A stretch of DNA of 64,000 nucleotides from Myxococcota bacterium. Lineage in GTDB: Bacteria; Myxococcota_A; UBA9160; PR03. Position numbers and translations under genes: made by a program. Of the stretch, positions 29,350 to 38,357 are shown one piece after another (within the stretch, counting starts at the first letter, position 1; every line of letters begins with the position of its first letter). Below the pieces are notes generated by a model. That model ran no database searches. It was not told the DNA's origin and worked only from the letters and a program-made list of their open reading frames with translations. The stretch covers positions 7,573-71,572 of the forward strand of contig JBDIVR010000006.1 in the NCBI GenBank assembly GCA_039794265.1, given 5' to 3'.

Positions 29350-31923
29350 GTGAAGTGGCTGCTGCTGCTCTTCCTGCTCTCGGGGTTCGGCGCCGTCGCC
29401 GTCGAGACGATCTGGATGCGCTGGCTGCGACTGCTGCTCGGCGCGACGGCGCCGGCCGCGTCGGCGACGCTGGTCGCGTTCTTCGCCGGGCATGCGCTCG
29501 GTGCGGCGTGGGCCGCGCGCCGCGCCGCGCACTGGCGGCGACCGCTCGTCACGTACGGGCGGCTCGAGCTCGGCGCCGCGGTCGCGGCCGCCGCCGTCCC
29601 CCTGCTGCTGGGGCTCGGCGAAGCGGTGCTCGCGACGGTCTACGATGCGCTGCGCGAGGCGCCCGCGCTGTTGACCACCGCGCGCTTCGCGCTCGCGCTC
29701 CTCGCGACACTGCCGGCCGCGTTCTGCTTCGGCGCGACGTTCCCGGCGATCGGCGCCGCGGCGGCGCCGGTGCTCGCGCGGCTCGGCCCGCGCGGCGCGG
29801 CGCTGTACGCCGTCAACACGCTCGGCGCCGCGGGCGGCACCGCCGCCGCCGCGTTCTGGCTACCCGGCGTCGCCGGCGTGCGCGGGACGTACGGGCTGGC
29901 GATCGCGGTGCTCGCCGCGGCCGGCGCGGGGGCGCTGGCGATCGCTCGGCGCGCGGACCCGGCGGTCGCTGCCGATGCGGAGCCAACCCGGCCGCGCTCC
30001 GCACCGAAGCGTTCTGCGACGCGCCGCCCTTCTGTGTCGGCCGACACGCCCGTCCTGTCGGCGCCGGCGCTCTTCGTCCTCGCCGGCCTCAGCGGGCTGT
30101 GCCCGTTCGCCGCGCAGGTGCTGCTGGTGCAGTCGTTCGCGCAGGTGCTGAACCAGTCGAGCCTGGCGTTCGGCGCGGTGCTCGTCGTCGTGCTGCTGTC
30201 GATCGCCGCGGCCAGCACGGCGGTCGCGCTGCTGGTGCAGCGCGGCCTCCGCCGCGGCGGCGACGAGCGCGGCGTCCTCGGCCTCGCGCTCGTCGCCGCG
30301 GCGCTCGCGACGGCCGCGTTTCCGGCGCTGCTGGCGCGCGCGACCGGCGGACTCGGCTACGTCGGCGCCAGCGGACCGGGCTTGCCGTACCTGGCGGCAG
30401 CGCTCGCCACCGTCGCGCGAACGGCGGGGCCGTTGCTGCTCGCGGGCTCGGCGGTGTTCCCGCTGGCGCTGGCGCTCGCCGCGCGCGCGGCTCCAGCCGG
30501 CACGGCGCCGGGCGCCGTCGTCGGCCGGCTCGTCGCAGCGAACACTTTGGGCGCGATCGCAGGGGCGCTCGTCGCGCCGTGGGTCTTGCTGCCGGCGTTC
30601 GGCCCCTGGCTCGCGCTCCTGCCGGTCGCAGCGGCGTGGGGCCTCGCGGCGCTGTGGCTGTCCGACACGAGTCCGCGTCGGCGGGGAATGCGCGCGGTGG
30701 CGCTCGCCGCCGGCGCCGTCGGCGTCGCCGTGTGGGCGTCACCGGCCGCGGTGCCGATCGCGGCGACGGCGCCGGGCGAGCGGCTGCTCGCTGCGACGCC
30801 GTCGGCGGCTGGCGTCGTCGCGGTGGTCGAGCGCGACGGCGAGCGGCTCCTCCGCGTCGATGGTCACTACGCGCTCGGCGGCAGCGCGGAGCGCGTCCAC
30901 CACGAGCGCCAGGCGCACCTGCCGCTGCTGCTGGCGCCGGGCGCGCGGCGCGTGCTCCACGCCGGCTCTGCCACCGGCATCAGCGCCGGCGCCGCGCTCG
31001 CGCACCCGATCGAATCGCTGGCGCTCGTCGAGCTGCTGCCCGCGGTCGCGCGCGCCGGCGCGCGCTGGTTCTCCGACGTCAATCGGAACGTGTACGAAGA
31101 TCCCCGTACGACCGTCGTGCTCGACGACGCCCGGAACTTCCTCGGCACGACGCGCGAGCGCTTCGACGTCGTCATCGCCGACCTCTTCGTCCCGTGGCAC
31201 GCCGGCGCCGGCGCGCTGTATGCGCACGAGCACTTCGCCGCGGTGCGCGCGCGGCTCGCGCCTGGGGGGATCTTCTGCCAGTGGCTTCCGTTGTACCAGC
31301 TCTCGGAGCCAGAGCTGCGCGTCGTCGCGGCCACTTTCCTCGACGTGTTCCCGGAGACCGCCGTCTTCCGCGGCGACTTCTTCGGCCGCTTCCCGATCGT
31401 CGCGCTCGTCGGCTTCACCGGCGCGCCGCCCGATCCGCACGCGGTGTCGGCGGCCGCTGCGGCGCTCGGTCACGCCGGCGAGCGGGATCGCTGGATCACC
31501 GATCCGCTCGGCCCGTGGGCGCTGTACGTCGGCCCGCTCGCGCCGCTCGGACGGGCGCTCTCCGGCGAGCCGCGCAACCGCGACGATGCGCCGGTCCTCG
31601 AGACACTCGCGGCGGCCGGCCACGCCGGCGGCGGGCGCGGCAAGCTCGATCCCGTCGTCGGACTCGCGTGGGTCGGATTCGCCGAGACACTGCAGGCGGC
31701 GGCGCGCGCAAAGGGCGATCCGCTGTGGCCGGCGCTTCCGCCCACCCTCGCTCGCGCCCGCGACGGCGGCGGGCTGTTGCAACGCGCCGGCGCGCTCTAC
31801 GTGGCCGGCCGACACGATGCTGCGGCGCGGGCCTTCACTGCAGCGGCGCGGCGCCTGCCCGCGCACCTGGTCACGGACGCGCCGGCGGATCCGACGGCGG
31901 CGGAGCTCTGGCACACAGAGTGA
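29350..31923 (+). CDS. fused polytopic membrane / spermidine-synthase-like SAM methyltransferase-fold protein
   Basis: 857 aa. A long multi-TM N-terminal half, then RVLHAGSATGISAGAAL...FDVVIADLFVPWHAGAGALYAHEHF...GGIFCQWLPLYQL. Confidence 0.8.
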   Translation: MKWLLLLFLLSGFGAVAVETIWMRWLRLLLGATAPAASATLVAFFAGHALGAAWAARRAAHWRRPLVTYGRLELGAAVAAAAVPLLLGLGEAVLATVYDALREAPALLTTARFALALLATLPAAFCFGATFPAIGAAAAPVLARLGPRGAALYAVNTLGAAGGTAAAAFWLPGVAGVRGTYGLAIAVLAAAGAGALAIARRADPAVAADAEPTRPRSAPKRSATRRPSVSADTPVLSAPALFVLAGLSGLCPFAAQVLLVQSFAQVLNQSSLAFGAVLVVVLLSIAAASTAVALLVQRGLRRGGDERGVLGLALVAAALATAAFPALLARATGGLGYVGASGPGLPYLAAALATVARTAGPLLLAGSAVFPLALALAARAAPAGTAPGAVVGRLVAANTLGAIAGALVAPWVLLPAFGPWLALLPVAAAWGLAALWLSDTSPRRRGMRAVALAAGAVGVAVWASPAAVPIAATAPGERLLAATPSAAGVVAVVERDGERLLRVDGHYALGGSAERVHHERQAHLPLLLAPGARRVLHAGSATGISAGAALAHPIESLALVELLPAVARAGARWFSDVNRNVYEDPRTTVVLDDARNFLGTTRERFDVVIADLFVPWHAGAGALYAHEHFAAVRARLAPGGIFCQWLPLYQLSEPELRVVAATFLDVFPETAVFRGDFFGRFPIVALVGFTGAPPDPHAVSAAAAALGHAGERDRWITDPLGPWALYVGPLAPLGRALSGEPRNRDDAPVLETLAAAGHAGGGRGKLDPVVGLAWVGFAETLQAAARAKGDPLWPALPPTLARARDGGGLLQRAGALYVAGRHDAAARAFTAAARRLPAHLVTDAPADPTAAELWHTE

Positions 31924-31954
31924 CGGCGCGGCCCCCGCGCCAAGCTCTCCTCGA

Positions 31955-32422
31955 TCAGCGCGGCTGCGCGCGCCAGCGCCGGCGCACGGGCCGCGTATCG
32001 GGCTGGCCGACGCGCTCCCAGTACACCCACAGCGCGCGCTCGAGATCGAACCGGAAGATCGGGTCCTCGCGCTCGAACGAGCCGAAACGGATCGCCGCGT
32101 GGACGGCGCCCCGCTCCGCCGGATCGCCGACCTCGTACGCGCACCCGGCGATCTGGAACTCCTCGTCGTTCGCGCCGAGGAACGCGTGCAGCGTGTAGGT
32201 CCCGCCGGCGCGCAGGTCCGCGACCTTCGGGGTCTTCGCGCCGGCGCTGACGTAGAGATGCGGCGCGCAGAAGATCGGACACACGGGGGACAGGTGCGGC
32301 ACGGCGCGGGCCGTGGCCGTCGCCAGGAAGCCGATCGCGACGCCGTCGTCGCCGACGAGAAGCCGCCGCCCGGTCGCACCGAATGCGGGCGCAGCGGCCT
32401 CGAACTCCGCCCAGCTCGCCAT
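31955..32422 (-). CDS. pyridoxamine 5'-phosphate oxidase-like family protein
   Basis: 155 aa, MASWAEFEAAAPAFGATGRRLL...PHLSPVCPIF...LYVSAGAKTPKVADL. The PPOX-like split-barrel assignment is by pattern only. Confidence 0.6.
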   Translation of the reverse strand: MASWAEFEAAAPAFGATGRRLLVGDDGVAIGFLATATARAVPHLSPVCPIFCAPHLYVSAGAKTPKVADLRAGGTYTLHAFLGANDEEFQIAGCAYEVGDPAERGAVHAAIRFGSFEREDPIFRFDLERALWVYWERVGQPDTRPVRRRWRAQPR

Positions 32423-32476
32423 CCGTCTCCCTCCCGCGCCGGAGCCTCCGACGCGCCGATGCTAGCGTCCGAGGCG

Positions 32477-34828
32477 ATGTCCACGGACCTGGCGCACCGC
32501 GCTCGCGACCTCGTCTCGAAGCTCACGCTCGAGGAGAAGGCGTCCCTACTCACGGGGGACTCCACCTGGACGACGACGGCGATCGAGCGGCTCGAGATCC
32601 CGTCGCTGTGGCTCGCCGACGGCCCGCACGGGCTGCGCAAGGCGCCGGCGGCGAACGACGTCGGCGCCGGCACCGCCGTGCCGGCGACTTGTTTCCCGAC
32701 GGCGTCCGCCCTCGCGTGCGCGTGGAACGAAGCGCTGACGCGGCGCGTCGGCGAGGCGATCGGCCGCGAGGCACGCGCGCACGGCGTCGACATCGTGCTC
32801 GGGCCCGGCGTGAACCTCCAGCGCTCGCCGCTCGGGGGACGCAACTTCGAGTACCTCGGCGAGGATCCCCTGCTCGCGGGCCGGCTCGCGGCGGCCTTCA
32901 TCGAAGGCGTGCAGGCGCAGGGCGCCGGCGCGTGCATCAAGCACTTCGCGGCGAACGAGCAGGAGACCGAGCGCATGGCGTGCTCTTCCGAGGTCGACGA
33001 GCGCACGCTGCGCGAGCTGTACCTGCGCCCGTTCGAGCTCGCGATCGAGCGCGCCCGGCCGTGGTCGGTGATGTCGGCGTACAACCGCGTGAACGGCGTC
33101 TTCGCGTCGGAGCATCCGTGGCTGCTGTCGACCGTGCTGCGCGAGGAGTGGGGCTTCGACGGCTTCGTGATGTCCGACTGGGGCGCCGTCGACGACCGCG
33201 CCGCCGGCGTCGCGGCCGGTCTGCACCTCGAGATGCCGTCGTCCGGTCCGCTCGGACCCCGCTCCGTGGTCGCCGCGGTACAGGACGGCACGCTCGACGA
33301 GCAGAGGCTCGACGAGGTCGTCGCCGAGTTCCTGACCGGCGTGCTGCGCGCCGCCGAGACGCGCGCCGCGACGCCGGCGCCGCCGCTCGACATGGACGCC
33401 CATCACAGGCTCGCGCGCGCGGCGGCCACCGAGTGCCTCGTGCTGCTGCGCAACGAAGGCGGCGCGCTGCCCCTCGATCCGTCGACACCACAGAAGGTCG
33501 CCGTGATCGGCCCCTTCGCGCAGGACCCGCGCTTCCAGGGCGGCGGCAGCTCGCAGGTGGTGCCGACCCGGACGACGAGCGCGTGGGAGGGGCTCCAGGA
33601 GATCGCCGCCGCCGCCGGCGGCCTCTCGCTCCAGTATGCCGCGGGCATCGGCGCGCAGCACGAGGCCGACCCCGCGGCGCTCGCCGAGGCTCGCCGCGCC
33701 GCCGCAGATGCCGACGTCGCACTGGTGTTCGTCGGGCTGCCGTTGCTGCACGAAGTCGAAGGCGTCGACCGCACGCACCTCGCGCTGCCGCCCGCGCACG
33801 ATGCGCTGGTCGACGCGATCGCCGACGTGCAGCCGAACCTCGTCGTCGTCGTGACGACCGGCGCGCCGGTCGCGATGCCGTGGCTCGGCCGCACGCGCGC
33901 GGTGCTGCTCGGCGGCCTGCTCGGCCAGGCAGGCGGCGGCGCGATCGCCGACGTGCTGACCGGCCGCGTCGCACCGTCCGGCAAGCTCGCGTCGAGCTGG
34001 CCGGTGCGGCTCGAGGACGTGCCCTCGTACCTGCACTTCCCCGGCGAAGCCGGCGTGGTCCGCTATGGCGAAGGCGTCTTCATGGGCTACCGCGGGCACG
34101 ACGCGGTCGACACCGCCCCGCTGTTCCCGTTCGGGCACGGCCTCTCGACGACGCGTTTCGAGTACGCGGACCTTTCCGTCTCGGCGCCGCGCGTGCGCGA
34201 CGACGAGGTCGTCACCGTCACGTGTCGCGTGCGCAACGTCGGCCCCCGCGCCGGGGCCGAGATCGTCCAGCTCTACGTCGGGGATCTCGAGTCGCGCGTG
34301 CGGCGACCGCCGCGCGAGCTCGCGGCATTCGCCAAGGTCTCGCTCTCGCCCGGCGAGGAGCGGCCGGTGACGTTCTCGCTCGACCGGCGCGCGTTCGCGT
34401 TCTGGGATCCGGCCGCGCACGCCTGGGCCGTCGAGGACGGGTCGTTCGAGCTTGCGGTGGGCGCCTCGTCGCGGGACCTGCGGCGGCGCGAGAGGATCCA
34501 TGTCGAAGCCGCCGCGCCGGTCCGGGCCCCGTTCGACCGCCACACCCCACTCTCGCGCTGGCTCGCGGATCCGCAGGCACGCGCGGCGATCGAGGCCTCG
34601 GCGGGCGGCCTGCTGCGTGCGTTCGGGTTGCTTCCGCCCGCCGCCGGCGGGCCCGCGGGCCCGCCGGCGGACGACGAACGCTTCGCGACGCTGCGCGCGA
34701 TGATCCTCGGCCTCCCGATCGCCAAGCTCGGCCGCTTCACGCGCGGCGCGTTCTCGAACGAGCAGCTGACCGCGTTGATCGAACGCGCCAACGCAGCCGG
34801 GGGCGACGACCCGGGGCCAACCGCGTGA
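32477..34828 (+). CDS. glycoside hydrolase family 3 (beta-glucosidase-like)
   Basis: ATG 32477. LTLEEKASLLTG, ADGPHGLRK, GPGVNLQRSPLGGRNFEYLGEDP, KHFAANEQE, FVMSDWGA. C-terminal FnIII-like domain (…VTCRVRNVGPRAGAEIVQLYV…). Confidence 0.9.
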   Translation: MSTDLAHRARDLVSKLTLEEKASLLTGDSTWTTTAIERLEIPSLWLADGPHGLRKAPAANDVGAGTAVPATCFPTASALACAWNEALTRRVGEAIGREARAHGVDIVLGPGVNLQRSPLGGRNFEYLGEDPLLAGRLAAAFIEGVQAQGAGACIKHFAANEQETERMACSSEVDERTLRELYLRPFELAIERARPWSVMSAYNRVNGVFASEHPWLLSTVLREEWGFDGFVMSDWGAVDDRAAGVAAGLHLEMPSSGPLGPRSVVAAVQDGTLDEQRLDEVVAEFLTGVLRAAETRAATPAPPLDMDAHHRLARAAATECLVLLRNEGGALPLDPSTPQKVAVIGPFAQDPRFQGGGSSQVVPTRTTSAWEGLQEIAAAAGGLSLQYAAGIGAQHEADPAALAEARRAAADADVALVFVGLPLLHEVEGVDRTHLALPPAHDALVDAIADVQPNLVVVVTTGAPVAMPWLGRTRAVLLGGLLGQAGGGAIADVLTGRVAPSGKLASSWPVRLEDVPSYLHFPGEAGVVRYGEGVFMGYRGHDAVDTAPLFPFGHGLSTTRFEYADLSVSAPRVRDDEVVTVTCRVRNVGPRAGAEIVQLYVGDLESRVRRPPRELAAFAKVSLSPGEERPVTFSLDRRAFAFWDPAAHAWAVEDGSFELAVGASSRDLRRRERIHVEAAAPVRAPFDRHTPLSRWLADPQARAAIEASAGGLLRAFGLLPPAAGGPAGPPADDERFATLRAMILGLPIAKLGRFTRGAFSNEQLTALIERANAAGGDDPGPTA

Positions 34829-35466
34829 AGATCCTCGTCTGCGACGATCATCCCATCTTTCGCGAAGGGCTCTGTGAGGCTCTCGCGGAGTTCCACGCGG
34901 AGTTCGTCGAAGCCGCCGACAGCGTGACCGCTCTGCGCTCCGTCGGCGAGCATGCCGACATGGATCTGGTGCTGCTCGATCTTTCGATGCCCGGGGTCGA
35001 TGGCTGGAGCACGTTCCGCGCGTTGCGCGAGCGACACCCCGCCGTGCCGGTCGTGATCGTCTCGGCGTCGGAGGACCCCGACGACATCCGGCGCGCGCTC
35101 GACGGCGGCGCCTCCGGCTTCATCCCGAAGTCCTCACCGATCGAGGTGCTGCGCAGCGCCCTGCGGCTGGTGCTGGCCGGCGGCGTCTACGTGCCGGTGG
35201 TTGCCCTCACGACTCGGCTGGGGGCGGATGCACCGGCCCATGCGCAGCGCCGCGAGCGCGCACCGGCGCTGACCCCACGCCAGGTCGACGTGCTGAAGTT
35301 GCTGGCTCGTGGGCTCACCAACCGCGAGATCGCCGATGTGCTCGGCATCGCGGAGGGAACCGTGAAGACGCATCTGCGCACGCTGTTCGAAGTTCTGGAC
35401 GTCAGCAACCGCACCGAGGCCACGCTGGTGATGCGCGAGCTCGGACTCGACGACGCGCCGGACTAG
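34825..35466 (+). CDS. NarL/LuxR-family response regulator
   Basis: GTG 34825 overlaps the GH3 stop (GTGA). REC domain (ILVCDDHPIFREGL...LLDLSMPGVDG) plus LuxR HTH (LTPRQVDVLKLLARGLTNREIADVLGIAEGTVKTHL). Confidence 0.9.
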   Translation: MKILVCDDHPIFREGLCEALAEFHAEFVEAADSVTALRSVGEHADMDLVLLDLSMPGVDGWSTFRALRERHPAVPVVIVSASEDPDDIRRALDGGASGFIPKSSPIEVLRSALRLVLAGGVYVPVVALTTRLGADAPAHAQRRERAPALTPRQVDVLKLLARGLTNREIADVLGIAEGTVKTHLRTLFEVLDVSNRTEATLVMRELGLDDAPD

Positions 35467-38354
35467 CGCGTCAGCTCCGCGAGCAGCGCGCGCAGGCGCG
35501 CGGGCGCGATCGGCTTCACCAGCTGCGCGAGGCCGTGCTCGCGGATCTTCCGTCCGACGCCGTCGATCGTCTCACCGGTCAGCACGGCCGCCGGGATCTC
35601 GCGGCCGCAGGCGCCGCGGATCGCGGCGATCGCAGCGAGCCCGGTGTCGCGCTCGCCGAGCCGGTAGTCCGCGAGGATCACGTCCGGCTCGAGCGCGCGC
35701 AGAGAAAGCGCCTCGCAGGCCTCCTGCGTGGAACGCGCGGCGACCACCCGGCAGCCCCAGCTCTCGAGCACCTCGCGCGTCGCCCCGAGCACGGCGAGAT
35801 CGTCATCGACGAGCACGATGACGCGCCCGCGGAGAGCCGTCGGCCGCGACCCGCCGGCACCGGCGCCCGGCAGAGCGGCACCCTCGAGCGCCAGCCGGAA
35901 CACGGAGCCGCGGCCCGGCTCGGAGTCGAGTTCGAGCGGGTGGCCGAGCGTGCGCGCAAGCCGGTCGACGATCGCGAGGCCGAGCCCCAGCCCGCGCGAC
36001 GCCGCGCCCGGCGCGAGCCGGACGAACTCCTGGAACACCATCTGCTGTCGGTCGAGCGGGATCCCAGGTCCGGTGTCGGCGATCTCGACGACGACGCGCG
36101 CGCCGGCCGCGCGCGCCTCGACACGGACCTCTCCCCGCTCCGTGTAGCGGACCGCGTTCTCGAGCAGATTCCGCAGGATCCGGCCCAGCAGCACCGGATC
36201 GCTGCGCACGGCGACGTCGCACGGCGTATGGCGCAGCTTCAGCCCCTTGACCTCGGCGGCCGGGATCGCTTCGGCGCACAGCTCCGTCAGCAGGGGGTCG
36301 AGTGCAACCGGCCCGACCCGCGGCTCGACGGCGCCGGCGTCGAGCCGCGAAAGGTCCAGCAGCGACGCGAACATCTCGGACAGCGAGCTCGTCGAGCGTT
36401 CGATCTGCTCGATCAGCGCGCCCGCGTCGTCGCCGCCGATCCGTTCGCGCAGCAGGCTCGTGTACATCGCGAGTGCGTGCAGCGGCTGGCGCAGGTCGTG
36501 GCTCGCGGCGGCAAGAAAGCGTGAGCGCCGCCGCAGCACCTCGTCGGCCGCCGACTTCAACACGGCGAGTTCCTCGGCGCGGACGCGCTCGGCGCGGATC
36601 GTTTCGGCATCGCGCAGGTGCAGAAGCTCGGCGGAGGCCTTGGCGCCGACTGCACCGAGCAGCGTGAGATCGCTGTCCGTATACACGTCTGCGGATCGGC
36701 GCGGGCCGAGCGCGACGATCGCGGCGAGATCCTTGCCGCAGCGCAGCGGGAGCAACACGCGCGTCCCGCTCGCCACGAGCGCGGCCGCCTCCTCCGGCGC
36801 GAGCTCCGGCGCGGCGCGTGCGAGCTCGCTCTCGGTGACGCGCAGCGGCGCCGGGTGGCGCGCAAGCGCACGCGGCAGCGGCCCTTCGGCCGGGAGCCAC
36901 GAGCCCGGATGGCCGCCGCGGATCGCGAAACGTCCCGCCTCGGCGGCGTAGACGTCGCACGACTCCGGGCTCACGATGCCATCGAGCCGCGCCGCAACGA
37001 GATCGAGCACCTGGTCCGACGACTTGCACTGCGAAAGATCCCGCAGCAGTTGCTCGACTCCCTCCTCCTGGATCCGGCGGGCCGGGAACAGCCCCGCGTC
37101 CAGCCACGGACGAAGCCGCCGATACGCCGGCGCGAGGAGCGCCAACAACCCGACCATCACGAGCAATCGCGCGGCGCTCTCCCCGATCGGCGCCTCCGCC
37201 GCGACGAGGCTCGCCAGCTCCGGAACCGCGAGCGCCACGGTCCCGATGAACGCGACACCGAGCAGCGCCACCGACGCCGTCGCGCTCAGCAGTCGATCGA
37301 TGTCGAACGCGCCGGCCCGCACGATCGCGACGAGCAGGAACACCGCCCACGTTCCCGCCGCCGCGGTCCCGAGCGCGAACGCGACGTCGAAGCCGTCCCA
37401 ATCCGGCCACGCGAGGAGTGCGAGCTGCGCGGAGGCCAGCGGCGAGCCGCTGATGGCGGCGCCGTAGAGCACCCATTTGAGGCGCCGGCGGCCGATCGGC
37501 TCGGCGTAGGCGTAGTTCCGCGCGAGCAGCGCGACGGCGCCGAGCAGGAAGCCCCCGTGCAGTGCCTGCGACGCGACGGCGAGATGGCGGGGCTCGATCG
37601 GGACGCCCCACCAGTAGCTCGTGCGGACGGCCAACATGCCGGCGGCGCCGGCCCACGGCCACCCCCACCATGCGCGCGCCGCCGCCGGAACCTCGCTGGG
37701 AAAGAGCCGCGCCCAGCGCAACAACAGCAGGCCGACGAGGGGCCCGCCGGCGTTCCACAACCACAGCGAGGTCCGCGTCTTCCACGCGGGGCCGCCGTAG
37801 AACTGGGACATCAGGATCGCATAGCCGAGCATCGCGAGCGCGAACCGCTGTGCATCGGGGCGCCCCGGCGCGCGCAGCACGATGAGGACGAGGAGCAGAG
37901 CGCCGATCCCTATCACCAGCGACCGCGACCACGCGTACGGCCGCGGCCGCGCGCGGATCGTCGTCTCGTGGCGGACGCCGCCGCGCTCGAAGACCAGCGG
38001 CGCCTCGCCGGCGACGCCGACCGCCTCGAGCGCGCGCGCATCGAACTCCACATAGCCCGCGCCTCGCAGATCGGTGTCACCGACGCGCAGCAGGCGGTCG
38101 CCGGGCAGCAGGTCGCTCCCGGTACTGTCGGTCTCGACCCGGTACCCGCCGACCGTCGGCTGCCCGCCGCCCGGATCGGCGAGCGCCCAGACCGGCAGCT
38201 GCGCGAGCCCGGAGCGGCGGACCTCGTGGACGTGGAGCGCGAAGCACACCAGGAAGATCGGGACCAGGATCCCGAGCAGCAATCGGTCTTCGCGTGTCAG
38301 CGAGGGCATGCGGACTCCCGACCGCGACATGCTACCCGGCCTCGCGACGGGCAT
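35463..38354 (-). CDS. hybrid sensor histidine kinase: PDZ-like loop, ~10 TM, GAF-like, HisKA, HATPase_c, REC
   Basis: TM1, then LLPGDRLLRVGDTDLRGAGYVEFD...APLVFERGGVRHETTI (PDZ-like), multiple TM helices and a GAF-like region. HisKA AAASHDLRQPLHAL, HATPase NLLENAVRYT...DTGPGIP...GLGLGLAIV, REC VIVLVDDDL...ILADYRL. Start is 38354 or ATG 38309. Its stop overlaps the regulator's stop (CTAG). Confidence 0.85.
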   Translation of the reverse strand: MPVARPGSMSRSGVRMPSLTREDRLLLGILVPIFLVCFALHVHEVRRSGLAQLPVWALADPGGGQPTVGGYRVETDSTGSDLLPGDRLLRVGDTDLRGAGYVEFDARALEAVGVAGEAPLVFERGGVRHETTIRARPRPYAWSRSLVIGIGALLLVLIVLRAPGRPDAQRFALAMLGYAILMSQFYGGPAWKTRTSLWLWNAGGPLVGLLLLRWARLFPSEVPAAARAWWGWPWAGAAGMLAVRTSYWWGVPIEPRHLAVASQALHGGFLLGAVALLARNYAYAEPIGRRRLKWVLYGAAISGSPLASAQLALLAWPDWDGFDVAFALGTAAAGTWAVFLLVAIVRAGAFDIDRLLSATASVALLGVAFIGTVALAVPELASLVAAEAPIGESAARLLVMVGLLALLAPAYRRLRPWLDAGLFPARRIQEEGVEQLLRDLSQCKSSDQVLDLVAARLDGIVSPESCDVYAAEAGRFAIRGGHPGSWLPAEGPLPRALARHPAPLRVTESELARAAPELAPEEAAALVASGTRVLLPLRCGKDLAAIVALGPRRSADVYTDSDLTLLGAVGAKASAELLHLRDAETIRAERVRAEELAVLKSAADEVLRRRSRFLAAASHDLRQPLHALAMYTSLLRERIGGDDAGALIEQIERSTSSLSEMFASLLDLSRLDAGAVEPRVGPVALDPLLTELCAEAIPAAEVKGLKLRHTPCDVAVRSDPVLLGRILRNLLENAVRYTERGEVRVEARAAGARVVVEIADTGPGIPLDRQQMVFQEFVRLAPGAASRGLGLGLAIVDRLARTLGHPLELDSEPGRGSVFRLALEGAALPGAGAGGSRPTALRGRVIVLVDDDLAVLGATREVLESWGCRVVAARSTQEACEALSLRALEPDVILADYRLGERDTGLAAIAAIRGACGREIPAAVLTGETIDGVGRKIREHGLAQLVKPIAPARLRALLAELTR

Positions 38355-38357
38355 CGC